In this document: positions 38,501-52,890 of the stretch, one piece after another
How the letters are laid out: every line of letters starts with the position of its first letter
How positions within the stretch are numbered: the stretch's first letter is position 1
NCBI GenBank assembly: GCA_050084985.1
Contig: JBITNC010000001.1
Location: 87,730,001-87,794,000, forward strand
From: Nageia nagi
Taxonomy: Eukaryota; Plantae; Pinophyta
Length of the DNA: 64,000 bases
Reading direction: 5' to 3'
Made by a program: the position numbers and the translations under genes
Notes under the pieces: model-generated
What the model saw: only the letters and a program-made list of their open reading frames with translations
Told to the model about the DNA's origin: nothing
Databases searched by the model: none

Positions 38501-39386
38501 AGAGTGCATATCCAAACTTAAGAAAACCTTTGAAATAACTAATTTTGGCCTCTTGTATTACTACCTTGGTATGCAAGTATACCAATACAAGGATTGTATC
38601 TACCTTAGTCAATCCAAGTATATCTCATACATATTACTAAATTTTAGAATGGAGGAGTGCAAATTTATTGTAATCCCAATCTCTTATAGAATCACTCTAT
38701 CTCATAGCTCCAAATCTTAGTTGGCAAATGCTATGTTTTATAAGAAATAAATTGGTAGTATTATTTATTTGATTATCTCTAGGCTAGATATTGCCTTTGT
38801 AGTAAATCTTATGGCAAGGTTGAGGGCTTCAATTTTTTAAACAAATCTTGAGGTATGTTGCAGGAATAAAGGATCTTATTATCAAGTATTCTAAGTTGCC
38901 CTCATTTTTTCAATTAGGTTACTCAGATTTTAACTATGGAGGAGATAGAGATGACATGAAATCAACCTCTACTTATGTGTTTAGAATTGGTTTAGATGTA
39001 TCTTTTGGGATTCTATGAAGTAGCCTACTACTGCTCCACCACCAATGGAAAATATCAAGCCATGTCAATCATGGCCTAGAAATTCATTTAGTTGAGGCAT
39101 CTTATAAAAGAAATTAGGTATGATATGGCTCACCCATATTATATTTTTTTAGATAATCAATTGATAATTTCTTTGGAAAAGAACCCTATTTTCCATAAAG
39201 AAATAAAACATGTTCAAATAGAAGCATATTTTATTAGGATAAAGTTCATGATAGTATCCTATAATTGTAATATTATGCATCAATCCTAAACTCTACTAAT
39301 TTTTTCACCAAACCCCTTCTTGGCGCTTACTTTAGTAAGCTTAAGAAATCTATTTGGATGGTGAAGTTTCCATTAAGGAGGAGTGA
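35570..39386 (+). pseudogene. pol: Copia B gag-pol, degenerate
   Basis: LDASNY, zinc knuckle CNFYGIYGHKELNC (~36337), WVVDSMCTNHM protease, LWHHRLGYLN, HLSVFGCDAY and LDKRSKKCIFMGY integrase, LLYVDDIMI RT, and LDNQ...KNPIFHKEIKHV RNase H. Confidence 0.92.
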
Positions 39387-40132
39387 AGATTTAATTCTTG
39401 TTGAATTCATGTTTTCATGAAAACTTCATCCCTTGGAGGATCTTTTAGTTGTATAGTATTGATATTTTATGTATGTATTCATGGTAAGTTTGCTTCATAT
39501 GAGAAACTAATTATATATTTTTTAGCATATAATGGCTTTTGGTAGTGTTGTTTTACTTATCCATATGTGAGGGACCAATATGTGCTTTTTGGCATTATTT
39601 AGTTATCCATATGTGAGGAACTTGTATGTTCTTATGCTCTATTTCTAATGTTGATCAACACATATTTTTTGTATAACAAGTGACTATGAATATTGGCTTA
39701 CCATCTTTGTGATGACTTATAATGCACGTTGGTCATTTTAAGGATGGTATTAATTGATTTATTTATCTTATATTATTATGAATGTTTATATGGTTCATCT
39801 AACTAATATTGATAATGAGATGTTTATAGCTTGCATGTTTCTTCTTAAAAGTGCAAGTTACCTAATTTGAGTGGGAAAACTTATGGAGGCTCATCATGTT
39901 AACTTGTTGTTGAATGACTACTTTATATAGTGAAACCAGTAGTGGTTAATGATTATATTATAAACCATTTTATGAAATGGTAAAGTAGTGAGTCTCAATA
40001 TAATATATTTCTTATTTCTTAAAGATGTAAATGTTCTCATCTTTGATTGTATCTCTATAGAGGAGAAATCTCTCTTAATCTCTCTTTCTTCTCTCCTTCT
40101 TTGCTCTACCCCAATATTGCATTAAGGGGGAT

Positions 40133-40659
40133 TATTGGAATGTATAATGCATTATTATAAGATCTCTTAATGCAATTCACTTAATATTGAACATAATAAT
40201 ATAAATTCACTAATACTTAAAATTATCCCTAGATACAGTTTAAGTTTTTGATAATATGATAATGTAACTTATCCTACACTCCATCATATGAGCATGCCCT
40301 TGGGTAAAAGGGTGATGCATATCATAACATTATACAATGGTTAATAGGGTGATATAAGCAGTATTGTAACCTATAAATAGAATTCCCTATCCTTGAGATC
40401 ACTCACTCAATTTTGTAGAAAAGTTATTCTCTTGTTTAGGTTGTAGGAGAAGTGAGAAAGTGACTTGTAAGAGAGTAATCTTTGAGGAATAATATCATAG
40501 ATTAGTGGATGTACTTCCATGGTTGAAGGAACTACATTATATTGGTGTCATCTTATGTGAATATTACTTTGAGTTTATGTTCTTAATGCTTAAGGATTTG
40601 AAATAGTCTTCAAGTTATATTGGGTAATTAGGAATTAGTCTTGTAGGCTTGTTCCTTCA
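40133..40659 (+). repeat. Copia B 3' LTR
   Basis: Direct repeat of 32060-32587. Terminal TG has mutated to TA. Confidence 0.92.
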
Positions 40660-41615
40660 TTATTACAAAGCTTGCACTCTATCAAAATAATGCAGGTCAC
40701 TCCTAGTGCTTCCCATCAATTTGATGAATAGGATTTAAAGATACACATTGAATAGTGTAGGTAGTAGTGTACATCTATATTTGTAGTGTTATAATTGACC
40801 TAACTCCATGCATATCCTCTTCCAAATGTTATCTAATCAATGTACAAAAATAAGAATACTTCCCTCCTAGATGCAATTCTCTTTGCTTTGTCTCGCTACC
40901 AATAGTGCAGCTCCTCTAGCTGACAACATAATTTTTTTTATCCTCTAAAGTTGAACATTAGAAGAAACACAAATGTATATCTCTTCTAACAAATATTTTT
41001 TTCTACCTAGCTATAACCAATGAGAGCCAACTTTTAAAATATCAAAAATAAATACTGGATGAGATTAAATATGTTGTCTTTTTAAATTTTAGGAGATTAA
41101 ATATTTTTTGCCCAAAAAAATAAAGCTTTTGAAGGAGTAAGACAAAATATTGTAAGACATTTTAAATTTTTCCCAATAAATTACAAGGAGAAGGTTGCCA
41201 ATTTAATTTGCACTACACTTACAAATAAAATTATTGCTAATAATTAAATTTGGAGATACAATATATTTATTTCAAGAAAGGCAAGCAAATTTGGAGATAA
41301 AAATAACCCATATTTTTATTTAAATAAGAAAGAACCCCTTGGTGTATTGGCAAAATACTAACATTATGCAAAAGAGGTCAAATATCCAAATCCCTCCATA
41401 GCAATTTATTTTTTTAATTTTGCATGTGCTTAATTTATTTTAAGCCAAAAATTAAAAGTGAAGGTATTACATTTCTTTTTTAACACTTGGAGGAGATTAA
41501 AATATTTTTTGATGATGAATTTGAAGGAGGAGACAAATTATCTACATACTTTGAAGTGAGTGATTTTTTTTTGCAAACCATTGCTTGAAGAAATTAAAAC
41601 ATTGCAAAAACAAAT

Positions 41616-44600
41616 ATGGCCTAGATCGTACTTAAACTTTTTATCCCTAATTTCCAAGTATTGAAGGGTAGTAATTATGCCTCATGGAAGATAAATATTT
41701 AGATAATCTTGGAGTTCGAAGGCTTGTAGGATATTATAACTAGAATAGAGATTTTTCCAACAATAGTTAGTGAAGCCCAAACTAAAATTGATCAAAGAAG
41801 TAGGAAATCTCATATGATCATTTTCCTTGGCATTTTAGATGATGTATAACCTTATTTTTGAGACTCCAAAGATGATGTAGATGCATGGAAGAAGTTGTAG
41901 CAAGTGTTACCTCAAAGAATCAAAATTAGATTTTACATTTCCAAGGATAATTACACACTTTGAAACCAAAGAGTGATGAACAAATTGAATCCTTCCTTCA
42001 TACAATTGTGAACCTTTATGTATCCTTCCAGAAATTAGGTAATAAGATGGAAGTAAGCTCCTTGTACCCATTATCTTCAAAGCACTCCTAGAGATATTTT
42101 TTACCTTTGTGATGATATTGAACATTCAAAAGTAAACATTGACTTTGGAGAGTTGGTAAACATATTACAAGAAGAAGAAGCTTAATATGTGAATTCCCAT
42201 GAAGAGTAATAAGCCATGATATTTAATCAAATATGTAAGAACTCTTTCCAATAGAAAGAAAAAGGCAAAAATTTCTAGCAGTCTAATGATATGTAGAAGA
42301 AGATTTGTATGATTTATGGTAAGAAAGGGTATGAATTACAAGATTGTTGGTATAATTGTTTTTCTTAAGGCTATTTGAGAAATAAGAATATAAAAAGGAA
42401 AAAAAACCTTAGAATCAAGGGAGTGGGAATAAATATTACCATAATGACAACAACAACAAGATAATGGTGTTAATTAATTGATTAAAGATATTAGCTATCT
42501 TGCTTTTTTAATCAATAAGACCCTTCAGTCTCATCCACTTGGTATGTTAATTCTGGTTCTTCCAAGCACATGAATGGTCAAAAGGATTGATTTACTTCTT
42601 TAGATGATAATGTAAATCTTGGTCATGTTCGATTGGGTGATGATGTACATACCATGATATTGAAGGTAAGGGTGATGTTTATTTCTATCTTGGAAATAAT
42701 AATTTTCAAATCAAAGAAGTATTATATATACCAAAAATCATGAAGAACCTCTTGTTAGTTAGTCAAATGTTGGAAAATAATTTGAAGGTGGAGTTTGATA
42801 TTGTGAAAAAAAAATATTTTCTTCATTCATGTCAAATCCAACGGATGCCAAATTGTAGAAAAAAATAAAAGGAGTTGAGATAATATTTCTTCTTGATAAT
42901 GTAGCTTTCAACAATTAGGCCCTCAATGTTCATGTTGCAAATATGACCACTCTTTGTACCAAAGATTCAAACACATGAAAACAAACTACCTAATCATTCT
43001 GCAAAATAAGGATATGGTATGTGATCTTCCATCTCTTTCTTCTCATACTAGCATTTACTCTACTTGCATCATAGGAAAATAACATTCAATTCCATTTGAG
43101 CCTTGCACATATCATGTTAAAGGTCATCTATATGTGATACACATTGATCTATGTAGACCCATGAATTCTAGTAACAGTGGTCAAAGATATTTCCTTCTAT
43201 TAATTAATGATTAATATAGGAAAATATAGGTGTACTTCCTATAAAACAAAGGATGAAACCTTTCAGTATTTTAAATAGTTCAAATCTCATGTGGAGAATA
43301 CCATTAGTCATCACATCCATGTTCTTCACTCAGATTGAAGGGGAGAATACTTATCAAATGAGTTTTCTACATTCTCAAAGTAGTATGAAATTCAAAAATA
43401 GTTGACCACACCTAATACACCATAATAAAATACAATTTGTGAAATGTGAAATAGGATCATAATTTAAATGGAAATAAGTATTTTGAAAGATGAAAAGTTG
43501 AAATGAAATTTTTTTCCTAATGTAGTGAATATTGTCATATATCTACTAAATAGGGAACCTACAAAAGCTCTTAATGTGATGACACCTAAAGAAGTATGGT
43601 TGGAAGAACGACCATCTATCTCACATCTTTGAGTATTTGGTTGCATTTCCTATATGGAAAATTCCTAAAGAGAAAAGAAATAAATTGGATGAAAATTCCA
43701 TGAAATGCATTTTTTGTAGGTATAGTAGTGAATCCAAAGGATACAAACTCATGGATCGTACAACTTGAAAGTTATATATTAGTAGAGATGTCATTTTTTA
43801 TGAGATTGGTGAATGTTTAACTGTTCTACTTGTAGAGGCACCTAAACCTGACAATGGAACCATAATTAATTATGATGATGAGGATGATGAGAGAAAAGCT
43901 TTAGTTATAATGTTTTCACCTAAAAATGTTAGAAGACCTAAGTGGTACTAGAAGGCACTACAAGATTCAAACTTTAGTGCTCTAATAAAAACTTCTAACT
44001 CTAGACTAAGGACATGAAGCATGTATCATGAGGAAGTGAACTTGACATTGATGAGAATAGTGGTGAATACACATGAACTTAAAATGGTTTTTGAAGTTAT
44101 TTATCTACCATATTGAAAGTTATCCATGTAAATTGAATATGATGCATTGATGAAAAATGGGACATCAAAGTTGGTAGATCTTCCACCAAGGAAGAATGCC
44201 ATTGGATACAAATGGGTGTTCAAAATAAAGTACAAAGCTAATAAAACACTTGATAAGCATAAGGAATAACTCCTTACCAAATTTTATGCTCAATAAGAAG
44301 GTATTATATATGAGGAGACTTTTTCTCCCTCAGCTAAGATGAAGACCATTAGAATTGCTTTTATAATAGCAATACAAGTTGGTAGTAAAGTCAATCAAAT
44401 AGATGTGAAAAGTGCTTTCTAGAATGGAGACTTAGAGAAAGAAGTTTACATATAGAAACTAGAAGGGTTTGTGATTGATCTAATTAAAGAAAAGTGTGTA
44501 GACTAATCAAGTATCTATATGGCTTGAAATAGGTTCCATGTGCCTAATACATGAAAATTGATTACCACCTACTAAAATATGGCTTCAATAAGAATATTTA

Positions 44601-45595
44601 TGATCCTAACCTCTATCTTTGACAACATGGAGGGAAGATTATCATAGTTTTAGCATATATCAATTATTTTTTTATCATAGGTCATTAAGAAATTGATCAT
44701 ATCTTACAAACATAACCTCAAATGAACATTTAACATGAATTATCTTGGTTTACTTCATACCTTGAATTGGAGGTCTAAAAGCTGCAAGATCAAACATTTT
44801 TTCATAGATGAAGTACACAAAGAAGTTGTTGAAGAAATTCAATATGATATATTGTTAATCAATTTACACACAAATTGAACTTGGTTTACATTTTTCACAC
44901 CATGATTATTCTCCACTAGTAAATATAACTCTCTACTATCAATTTATTCAAGAGTTAATTTACCTAGCATACACCAGATCAAATATTTGCTATGATATCA
45001 ACTATCTTTTAGGATTCATGTGTGAACCAAATAAGGTTCACTAGAGTGTGGTAAAGCATATTTGAGATACATTTATAGCATTTATAGGTATATCTTAGAG
45101 TTTTATAAGAATGATACATTTGTCTTATCTGGATACATGAATAAAATTATGGATGATCCTTGGATGATATAATAGCAATGACAAGATATATGTTATTCCT
45201 TAGATCTATACTAATTTTATGGGATTGGAAGAAACAAAGAATCTCATATAGATGTACCATACATTCAAAATACCATGCTGTAAGAGATGTTGTTTGTGAA
45301 GTAATATGCTTATGTCACATTTTGATAGACATTGGAATTCCATACAAGTAGCCTAAATCTCTGCATTGCAACAATTAAGGTGTATTGAAACTAGTTTGAA
45401 ATATTTATTTTCATGAGTGAACCAAACATATTGACATATAGGTACACTTAATTTGGGATCATGTTTCACTACACAACATCTATCCCTACTATATTTCCAT
45501 AAAGAAGAAAATTGCATATATCTTCACCAAATCTCTTGATACTAGAAATTTAGAATACTTTTATAGCTTCCCCTCATGTTATTTGAAGATCTAAT
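41616..45595 (+). pseudogene. pol: Copia A gag-pol, degenerate
   Basis: LKGSNYASWK, WYVNSGSSKHM protease (~42540), HIDLCRPM and HL*VFGCISY integrase, AIGYKWVFKIK and DVKSAF*NGDL RT, and FHE*TKHIDI and IAYIFTKSL RNase H. Confidence 0.9.
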
Positions 45596-45608
45596 GTTTT
45601 ATGGGGGG

Positions 45609-45799
45609 TGTTAGAAATAATAATACATTAGTCTCTTGGGTATCTTTATAATTGATAAATAGATTAATAATATTACTAATGTTTAGATAATTTAATATTT
45701 AGGGTTTATGTCTAATATCATTATTGTACATGAATGCTTCATAACATTGTATTTAGAACCTCATTTTCAATAATTAAATATTTTAGCTTCTCTCCAATA
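45609..45799 (+). repeat. Copia A 3' LTR
   Basis: Follows a G-rich PPT. Direct repeat of 30543-30739. Confidence 0.9.
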
Positions 45800-46088
45800 G
45801 GTGAATGTATCCTTTTCAAGGAGATGGATTCTTCTTGATCAACTAAATGGTTGAGAAGAAATATAGCATATATTGCTTCTAGTGGGGCTTTGAGAGTGGC
45901 CTTATTAGGAGAATAATGATATATAATCCAATAGAAAGTGCACTTCTAAGGAAATCTCATAGAACCTATTAAGGTTTAAGCATAGTGGTTGATTATAACA
46001 ACCAATATTGTCTGAATTACTATATTTATGCATGATATTATATGTGAGATGAAATTATTTTGGGTGATTTTTATGAGCATGTTGCACA
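45800..46088 (+). repeat. Tekay 5' LTR, part 2 (U5 end)
   Basis: Matches ~60728-61003 (AGAAAGTGCACTT...GCATAGTGGTTGA). Ends TTGCACA before the degenerate tRNA-Met PBS TGGTATAAAAAT at 46089. Confidence 0.88.
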
Positions 46089-46389
46089 TGGTATAAAAAT
46101 GTGAGTTAAAAACTTTAAGGACTTAGTAACCCACTTTAGTTGAACCTTGAAATATATTGTATGGACATCATGGTAAGAATACGAGGAAGAGCTAGGCATT
46201 GAGAAAGAAGATATGTGTCCACTCCTCCATGAGATGTATAAAACCTCACTAAAACTAAGGGGACCTAATACAATCAATAAACTCATATTTATGATCTAAA
46301 TACTATAATATAACAACATTAGGAAAACTTGGATCAAGTACTACAAGCTAGGGAAATTAAAAGGTGTAGTGCTAGGAGTCATTATAATC

Positions 46390-49300
46390 ATGAGTAGGCT
46401 TGAGGAGCAATAATCTCAATATGTGAGATCCTTAGTAGCCCTTGAACTGGAAAAATTCCTTAAAAACTATAGAGTTCCTAGATACAGTGGAAAGAAAGAA
46501 GGATATTTTCTAAAATGTGGATAAAAAAAATGGATATGTACTTATACATGAAAAATTATTACACCAATACTAGGAATGTATGGGTTGCAATGCATCTTAT
46601 AGAGATAGCCTTACAATGGAGGAATACTTACTTGATTGGAAGAAATTTGTAGCCAATTGATATTTCCTTGAAGAAATTTGTGAAGGATGTGAAAATCATA
46701 TTTATTTTATAATACTACTATGTTGATAAATTCAATGAATTTGTTAAGTTGATATAAGGTACAAAATCAGTAAAAGTATACTTTCAATAGTATGTAAAGC
46801 TACAAAAGTACATGACTAACTATAAAACTAATGAAAAATAGATGATTCAAAAGTTTATTCTAGGCTTACACCCTAAAATTAATACTATCATAAACTTGCA
46901 CAACTTTAAGACCTTACAAAAGGCCTATGATATGGATCACAAGGAGGAAAGAAATGAAAATTTTACAAAGATAGGAAATTTAGCAAGGTCAGATCCTAAA
47001 AGTGCAAAAGATGGCAAGAAATTTTATGATCATAAAAAAGGAAAATAGTGTCTTTAAAGGAAAAAATAACTCATGTAAGTTTAGGGAAACAAATTAAGGA
47101 AAGAGGAAGGAATGATAACTCCTTCAAGAAACCAAGATTCAAACCAAGAGAAAATAATATAACTTAAAATGATAAACCAATTGCTCTTACAAAAAGATTC
47201 TTTGAGTTTGGGGTATATAATTTTGCAAGGAACTACCCTTTAAAGATAATTAATATTGAAACACCAACACACAAGATATACATAGCCATGGGAAACCAAG
47301 CACTTGAAGCTCAAGCCATACCCATTAGGGTGGAAGGTAAGTTGTTTGATTAAAATAATTTTAATTATTATAGATAGAATTCCATCCACAAGTTTTATTT
47401 CATCTCATATTCTTCATAAATTCCCAAGAAAATTAGATTTATGGCAATTGGATGGAATGTAGAGTTTATGTCAAGATAGGTCTATAGGGTTGTGTATTTT
47501 TTAGTGGATGCTAACTTAGAGCTACCTAACTTTAAGATCATTAATACATACTTGCATTTTGTACCCCTTCCTTCCTATGAAATAATTTTAAAAATGGATT
47601 GGCAAGTCAATTCCAAGGCTATTTTTTAATACTTATGGATGGAAATAACTAATGAAAAAAGTGAAAGGATTAATTTTATAAATAATCAACAACCCTTAAC
47701 ACCCAAGATAATCACTGCATTGCAACTAGCTAGGGCTATTAAGAAAAATTGTTACCTATTAGCTATCAAAATTTAAGAAATTTCCAAGTCAAAAAATGAT
47801 GAAATATTGAAAAAAATACCCCATCTTGAAGAAGTACAAGGATGTATTTCCTAAGGAGCTTCCTGGTAGGCATCTTGTAAGAAAATTTGATTTCATAATT
47901 GATTTCATTACAAGAAATAAACCAATTTTAAGAGATCCTTATTGAATGTCCATTATCAAAATATAAGAGCTAAAGTTGTAGCTTTAAGAAATTTTGAAGC
48001 TAGCTTAGATTAGACCAAGTGTGTCACCTTGGGGTGCTCTTATTTTCTTTATGAAGAATAAGGGTGGAACACTAAGATTTGTTGTTGAGTAATTAATATT
48101 AAATGAGGTCAAAATCAAGAACAAATACCCCTTACATTAGTTAAATGACCTATTTGACTAACTAAAGGGAGCGACCATCTTTTCAAAAATTGATTTAAGT
48201 TCAAGATATAACCAAATAAGAATTAAATAAGAATACATTCCTAATATTGCATTGAGGAAAAGCTATGGACACTATGAATTCATTGTACTTACATTTTAGA
48301 TTACTAGTTCCCCTTCTACATTCATGAACTTAATGAATAACATATTAAGAGAATATTTGGACAAGTTTGTTCTAGTATTATTGGATGATATTTTGATTTA
48401 TTCAAAGGATAAGACTTAGCATGATCAACATTTGAGAAAAACCCTTAGTGTGCTAAAGAAAAATTAGTTGTATGGAAAAGTTTCTAAGTATGACTTTTAC
48501 ATGCCCAAAATTAATTACCTGAATTATTTAATATTAAATTAAGGCTAGTTATTAATCCTAAAAAGATTGAGGCCATTAAATACTAGCCAAGACTAATAAA
48601 TGTGTCTAAAATTAGGAGTTTTGTGGGCCTGGTTAGGTATTACAAAATATGTTTTAAGAACATTTCCAAGGTTTCATATCTTATTACTAAACTCCAAAAA
48701 AAAGGTAAGGCCTTCAATTGTTCTAAAAATTATGAAGCAACATTTAAATTGATAAAAAAAAAAATTGACCTTAGCACCTATTTTACAACTACCCAATCTT
48801 GATAAAGATTTTTCAATTTGTAATTATATATATCTTGAAGTTTTAGGAGGTATCCTCATGCAAGAAAATGTAATGATAATATATGACTATAGAAAGTAGA
48901 AAAATCATGAAAGAAATTGTGCCACTCATGATTTAAAACTTGTAGTGATAGTTCATACATTAAAAATATGGAGGAATTATCTATTAGGAAGACCATTCCA
49001 ACTCTATTTAGACCATAAAATATTGTAATATTTATTCACCTAAACATACTTGAATGCTAGGCAAAGGATATTGATAAAATTTTTGACTAAATATGATTTT
49101 GAAATCGAATACACCAAAGGCAAGGAAAATAAAGTAGTTGATGCCTTAAGTAGAAGGAAATATTTAGTTTTCATTTCATGTTCATTAAATGATTTTCTTG
49201 AAAGAATCAAAATATATCAATATAAAGATAAATTTTATCAAATTTGAATATAATAGATCAAAGATAACGTAGTTGTACCAAAATTCACCTTAAATAATAA

Positions 49301-50573
49301 ATTATTGGACTTCAAAAATAGATTGGTCCTTCTAAATGAGGGAAACATTTAAAAAATGGTCATGTTTGAATTCCATAATACTCCTTAATTAGCTCATCTA
49401 GGAATTAACAAAATGTGAGAATACTTAAAATACAAATATTTCTATCTAGGGATGAAAAGAGATATTGTAGAATATGTTATTAAATTCTATAAGTACCAAA
49501 AGTCAAGGTTGAACACATGTATCCATATGGATAACTTTATCCTCATGACATACCAAATCAAAAATGGTAGGTAGTAAGCATGGATTTCATTATAGATTTT
49601 TTTAAAGTAAGATATCATCATGATGCAATATTTTTTTTATTTTGACAAGATAAAAAAATTTGCATATTTCATACCAAGTAATGCTATTAATGATGCATTT
49701 ACCATAGTTAATAAGTATGCAAAAGAAATTTTCAGATTACATGGATTTCCTAAAGTTATCATTTTATATGGAGATAATAAATTTACTTCCAAATTTTTGA
49801 AGGAATTGCATGAGGCATTAGAAACTAGATTGAATTTCAATTCGACATATACTCATAAAATTGATGGGCATATAAAAAGAGTAAATTAGTTTCTTGAAGA
49901 TATATTGATGAAATTTTGCATGGATCACCTAATAAAATAGGATGATTATATTTATTTGCTTGAATTTTCATACAACAATTATTACCATTTTTCCCTTGGA
50001 ATAATACTATTTGAGGTGCTATATGGAAGAAGGTGTAGGATACCTATTGCATGGGACAATTTGGAAGATAGAATCTCCAAAGGACCTGAAATACTTGCTA
50101 ATATGAAAAAATAATTACATGAAAATAGAAAATATTAAAATAATTAGTTGACCATAAAATAAGTTATGCATATTTAAAAATAAATTTAATAGAGTTCAAC
50201 ATTAGTGATATATTCTTTTTACATGTTAGGCTTGGGAAAATCTCCATTAAAATATCAAAACTAGTTGCTAGATTTTTTTAACCCTTCAAAATCATAGATA
50301 AGATCATTTCTATTACATATAATATTGAATTACCACCAAGTTTTTCCAAAATTCATAATATTTTTTATTTTTTTGCTTGATATGGATAATTTACATATGA
50401 AAAATCCAATGGTAATTGAATTCAGACTAGTTAGGATGCTAAAAAATTACATGAAAAATATTAGAAAGAGAATATAGAATAATGCAAGGTTCAAAGGGAT
50501 ATGTACTTTGAAAATAAATCCACATTGGGAGGACTTAGAGCTTATGATAGAATGATTTCCATATTTGTTTAAC
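46390..50573 (+). pseudogene. pol: Tekay gag-pol with C-terminal chromodomain, degenerate
   Basis: RVPRYSGK and ALQWRN gag, IRPSVSPWGA, KNKYPL, FSKIDL and VLVLLDDILIYS RT, NARQR...YDFEIEYTKGKENKVVDALSR RNase H, KEIFRLHGFPK integrase, and WEDLELMIE*FPYLF chromodomain end (~50528). Confidence 0.92.
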
Positions 50574-52890
50574 TAAGAAACAACTAATTCAAACACCTAG
50601 GACTGTATTTATTCTTAGTGGGGTAGTATATCATAACCCATAAGGTTGTAGTCCTAAACCTAATATGAACTTATATGCACATTTAATATGTTAGAGTAGA
50701 TATGATTTATAATCATTTGAAAAAGGTATACTTATGTTTATTACCATGATTATTAGATCATGGAATGTTTATGATTGATTAACATGTTTATTTGATGATG
50801 GTTTACTAATGTTGATCACTTGAATATATTACTTGTTACCTTGCATTGTTTTGTGAGACAATGATATTATTGATATTTTGGTCATTTTACGAGGTAATAT
50901 TGAGATTCATACATATCCTAGAGGATGAGAACTATAGTATTGTATGATCCATAATGTTGGCATACTCATGATCATTCAGTAAGGAAGTTGGTATATTGTA
51001 TCTATCTCATACTTTCCATTATTTTATTTTTGCATAACTTGCATTACATTGGGAAAACTTGATTATTAAGGAAAATCATGACAATGACTACATTACATTG
51101 AGGGAATTCCATCAATAGATTCATATTTCAAGAAAATGATATTATCTTGAGATAATACCATTTTGAATAAAAAATAGTATACAATCAACTGCATTTATCA
51201 CTTTGTCACCTACACATAGAAATTGCATTGCATACATGTATGAAAAACCTAAAAACTAATTTAGCCTTACATTTTCATAAGTTCATAATAACAATAAGGT
51301 CATCTCTAATCATTGAGAGGTTGTATATTAATTACATAGGATCACTTAACAATTTGTATTAATGAGCATTGCACAATAATGGCATGCACTTATCATCTTT
51401 GTACATGATAATTACCATCAACATTTGCATAGACATGGGGGAGAGATTATATATAATTGTAACCATGTTTACCCAAATAGCATTGCAAAGATAATAGTAA
51501 TAATTGCTACAAATATTGTAATAACTTGTATCAATGAATTGCATTAGGTAAATATATAATATTCATGCACCTTCGTGAGAGATAAAAAAAACTTGTAGAC
51601 ATTGGAAATCCATGATATTTGCATGATCTTGAGTGCATTTAGTTATATGGATCTATAGTTGATTATAGGCATGCAACAAGTGTCAAATTTCCATATTAAA
51701 CCTATGAAATCAAATAAAATATTAGAAATTGAAAACATTAAAAAAATGATATTAGAAAATAAGATAAAAATTACCTATCCTAAATATTAACCTAGAATAA
51801 CCTAAGCCTTGTCTAGACCTAACTTTGTGACCAAGCCAAAAACTCAAAAAAAAAAAAAAAAAAAAAATCTAAAGTGTAGGGGCACCTAGGAAGTGATGGA
51901 AATCAAATAAATTATTGTTGTCTTAGATAACATGGTCAATAGGTACAAGGTAAAATTAGAAACCAATAAATATAGTCTAGGTGTATTGGGTAATAGTGGA
52001 GTTATGAAGAATATTGGGCACTAGGAATTTTATTAAAATTTAGGGATTCCAAAAGGAATGGAATCTAGTCATCCATTTTATAGATCTTATGGTCTATGTG
52101 TCTAAACTTCACCAAATATTTTAGAATACTTAAGAGATACAAGCAATGATGTTTGGGTAAGAGGTTAGGGTTTTGGTTTTTTAGAGAGTTCATAACCATG
52201 ATGGTTCAATTTAGAGAAATTTTAGAAGGGAAGGAATCCATTGGTCATTTGGTACCCTGGTATCATGGTATATTGTTGGTTGTTGCCTTGTCCAAAGACG
52301 TTTAAAAGGAGCTATGATTTTCCAAGAAGGATGTGCATATTTAAATCCAAATGCATAGTGTATTTTGGGGCAACATATAATAAAGTTAATAGTGAATTTT
52401 GTTAGTATTCTCAATAAGTTTTTCTTGGAATTTTTCCCTATTTAGTAACCATTTACTAATATGTAGGTACTTTGGATAGGTGGGAGGATTTATACATAGG
52501 TATTTGCACTTTGAAATGGATAATGAAGTAGTAGAAGGAGACTTGGGAAGAGTAAGGGACATGCAAGAGTTAGTTGAAGTCTTCTTTGCACTAGGTCTTT
52601 AGGTATAATAATTATTTTTTTAGGTAACAAATGGATGAATAATTTATGTTATGGTTAAGTTATTGCATGGAAATTAGAATGTAATTAATGTTTCAAAAAT
52701 TGTTTATTTCTTACCAAACTTTGTAGCTAAATTTTATTGTAAAATATTGAAATAAATAAGTTTAAATTATACAAAAAATTTGTAAGGGTGTTAATGGATT
52801 CTCTATTGTTGTTAATTTCATAAAAATAAATCAACTTAGGCACTTTTGCATTAAATAAATCATGGTTTTCTATTCAAAGACTTGTTAGAG

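Larger units (their letters stand above)
32060..40659 (+). mobile_element. Ty1/copia element B (8.6 kb) nested in the copia A leader
   Basis: LTRs at 32060-32587 and 40133-40659 (~85%), TSD CTATT/TTATT, PBS TGGTATCTAGAGCC at 32590, PPT TTAAGGGGGA at 40122-40131. Confidence 0.92.
30543..45799 (+). mobile_element. Ty1/copia element A (short LTRs) inserted in the Tekay 5' LTR
   Basis: LTRs at 30543-30739 and 45609-45799 (TGTTAGAAATA...CAATA, ~80%), PBS TGGTATCAAAAC at 30740, PPT ATGGGGGG at 45601-45608. The TSD is not preserved (AGAAA vs GGTGA). Confidence 0.9.
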
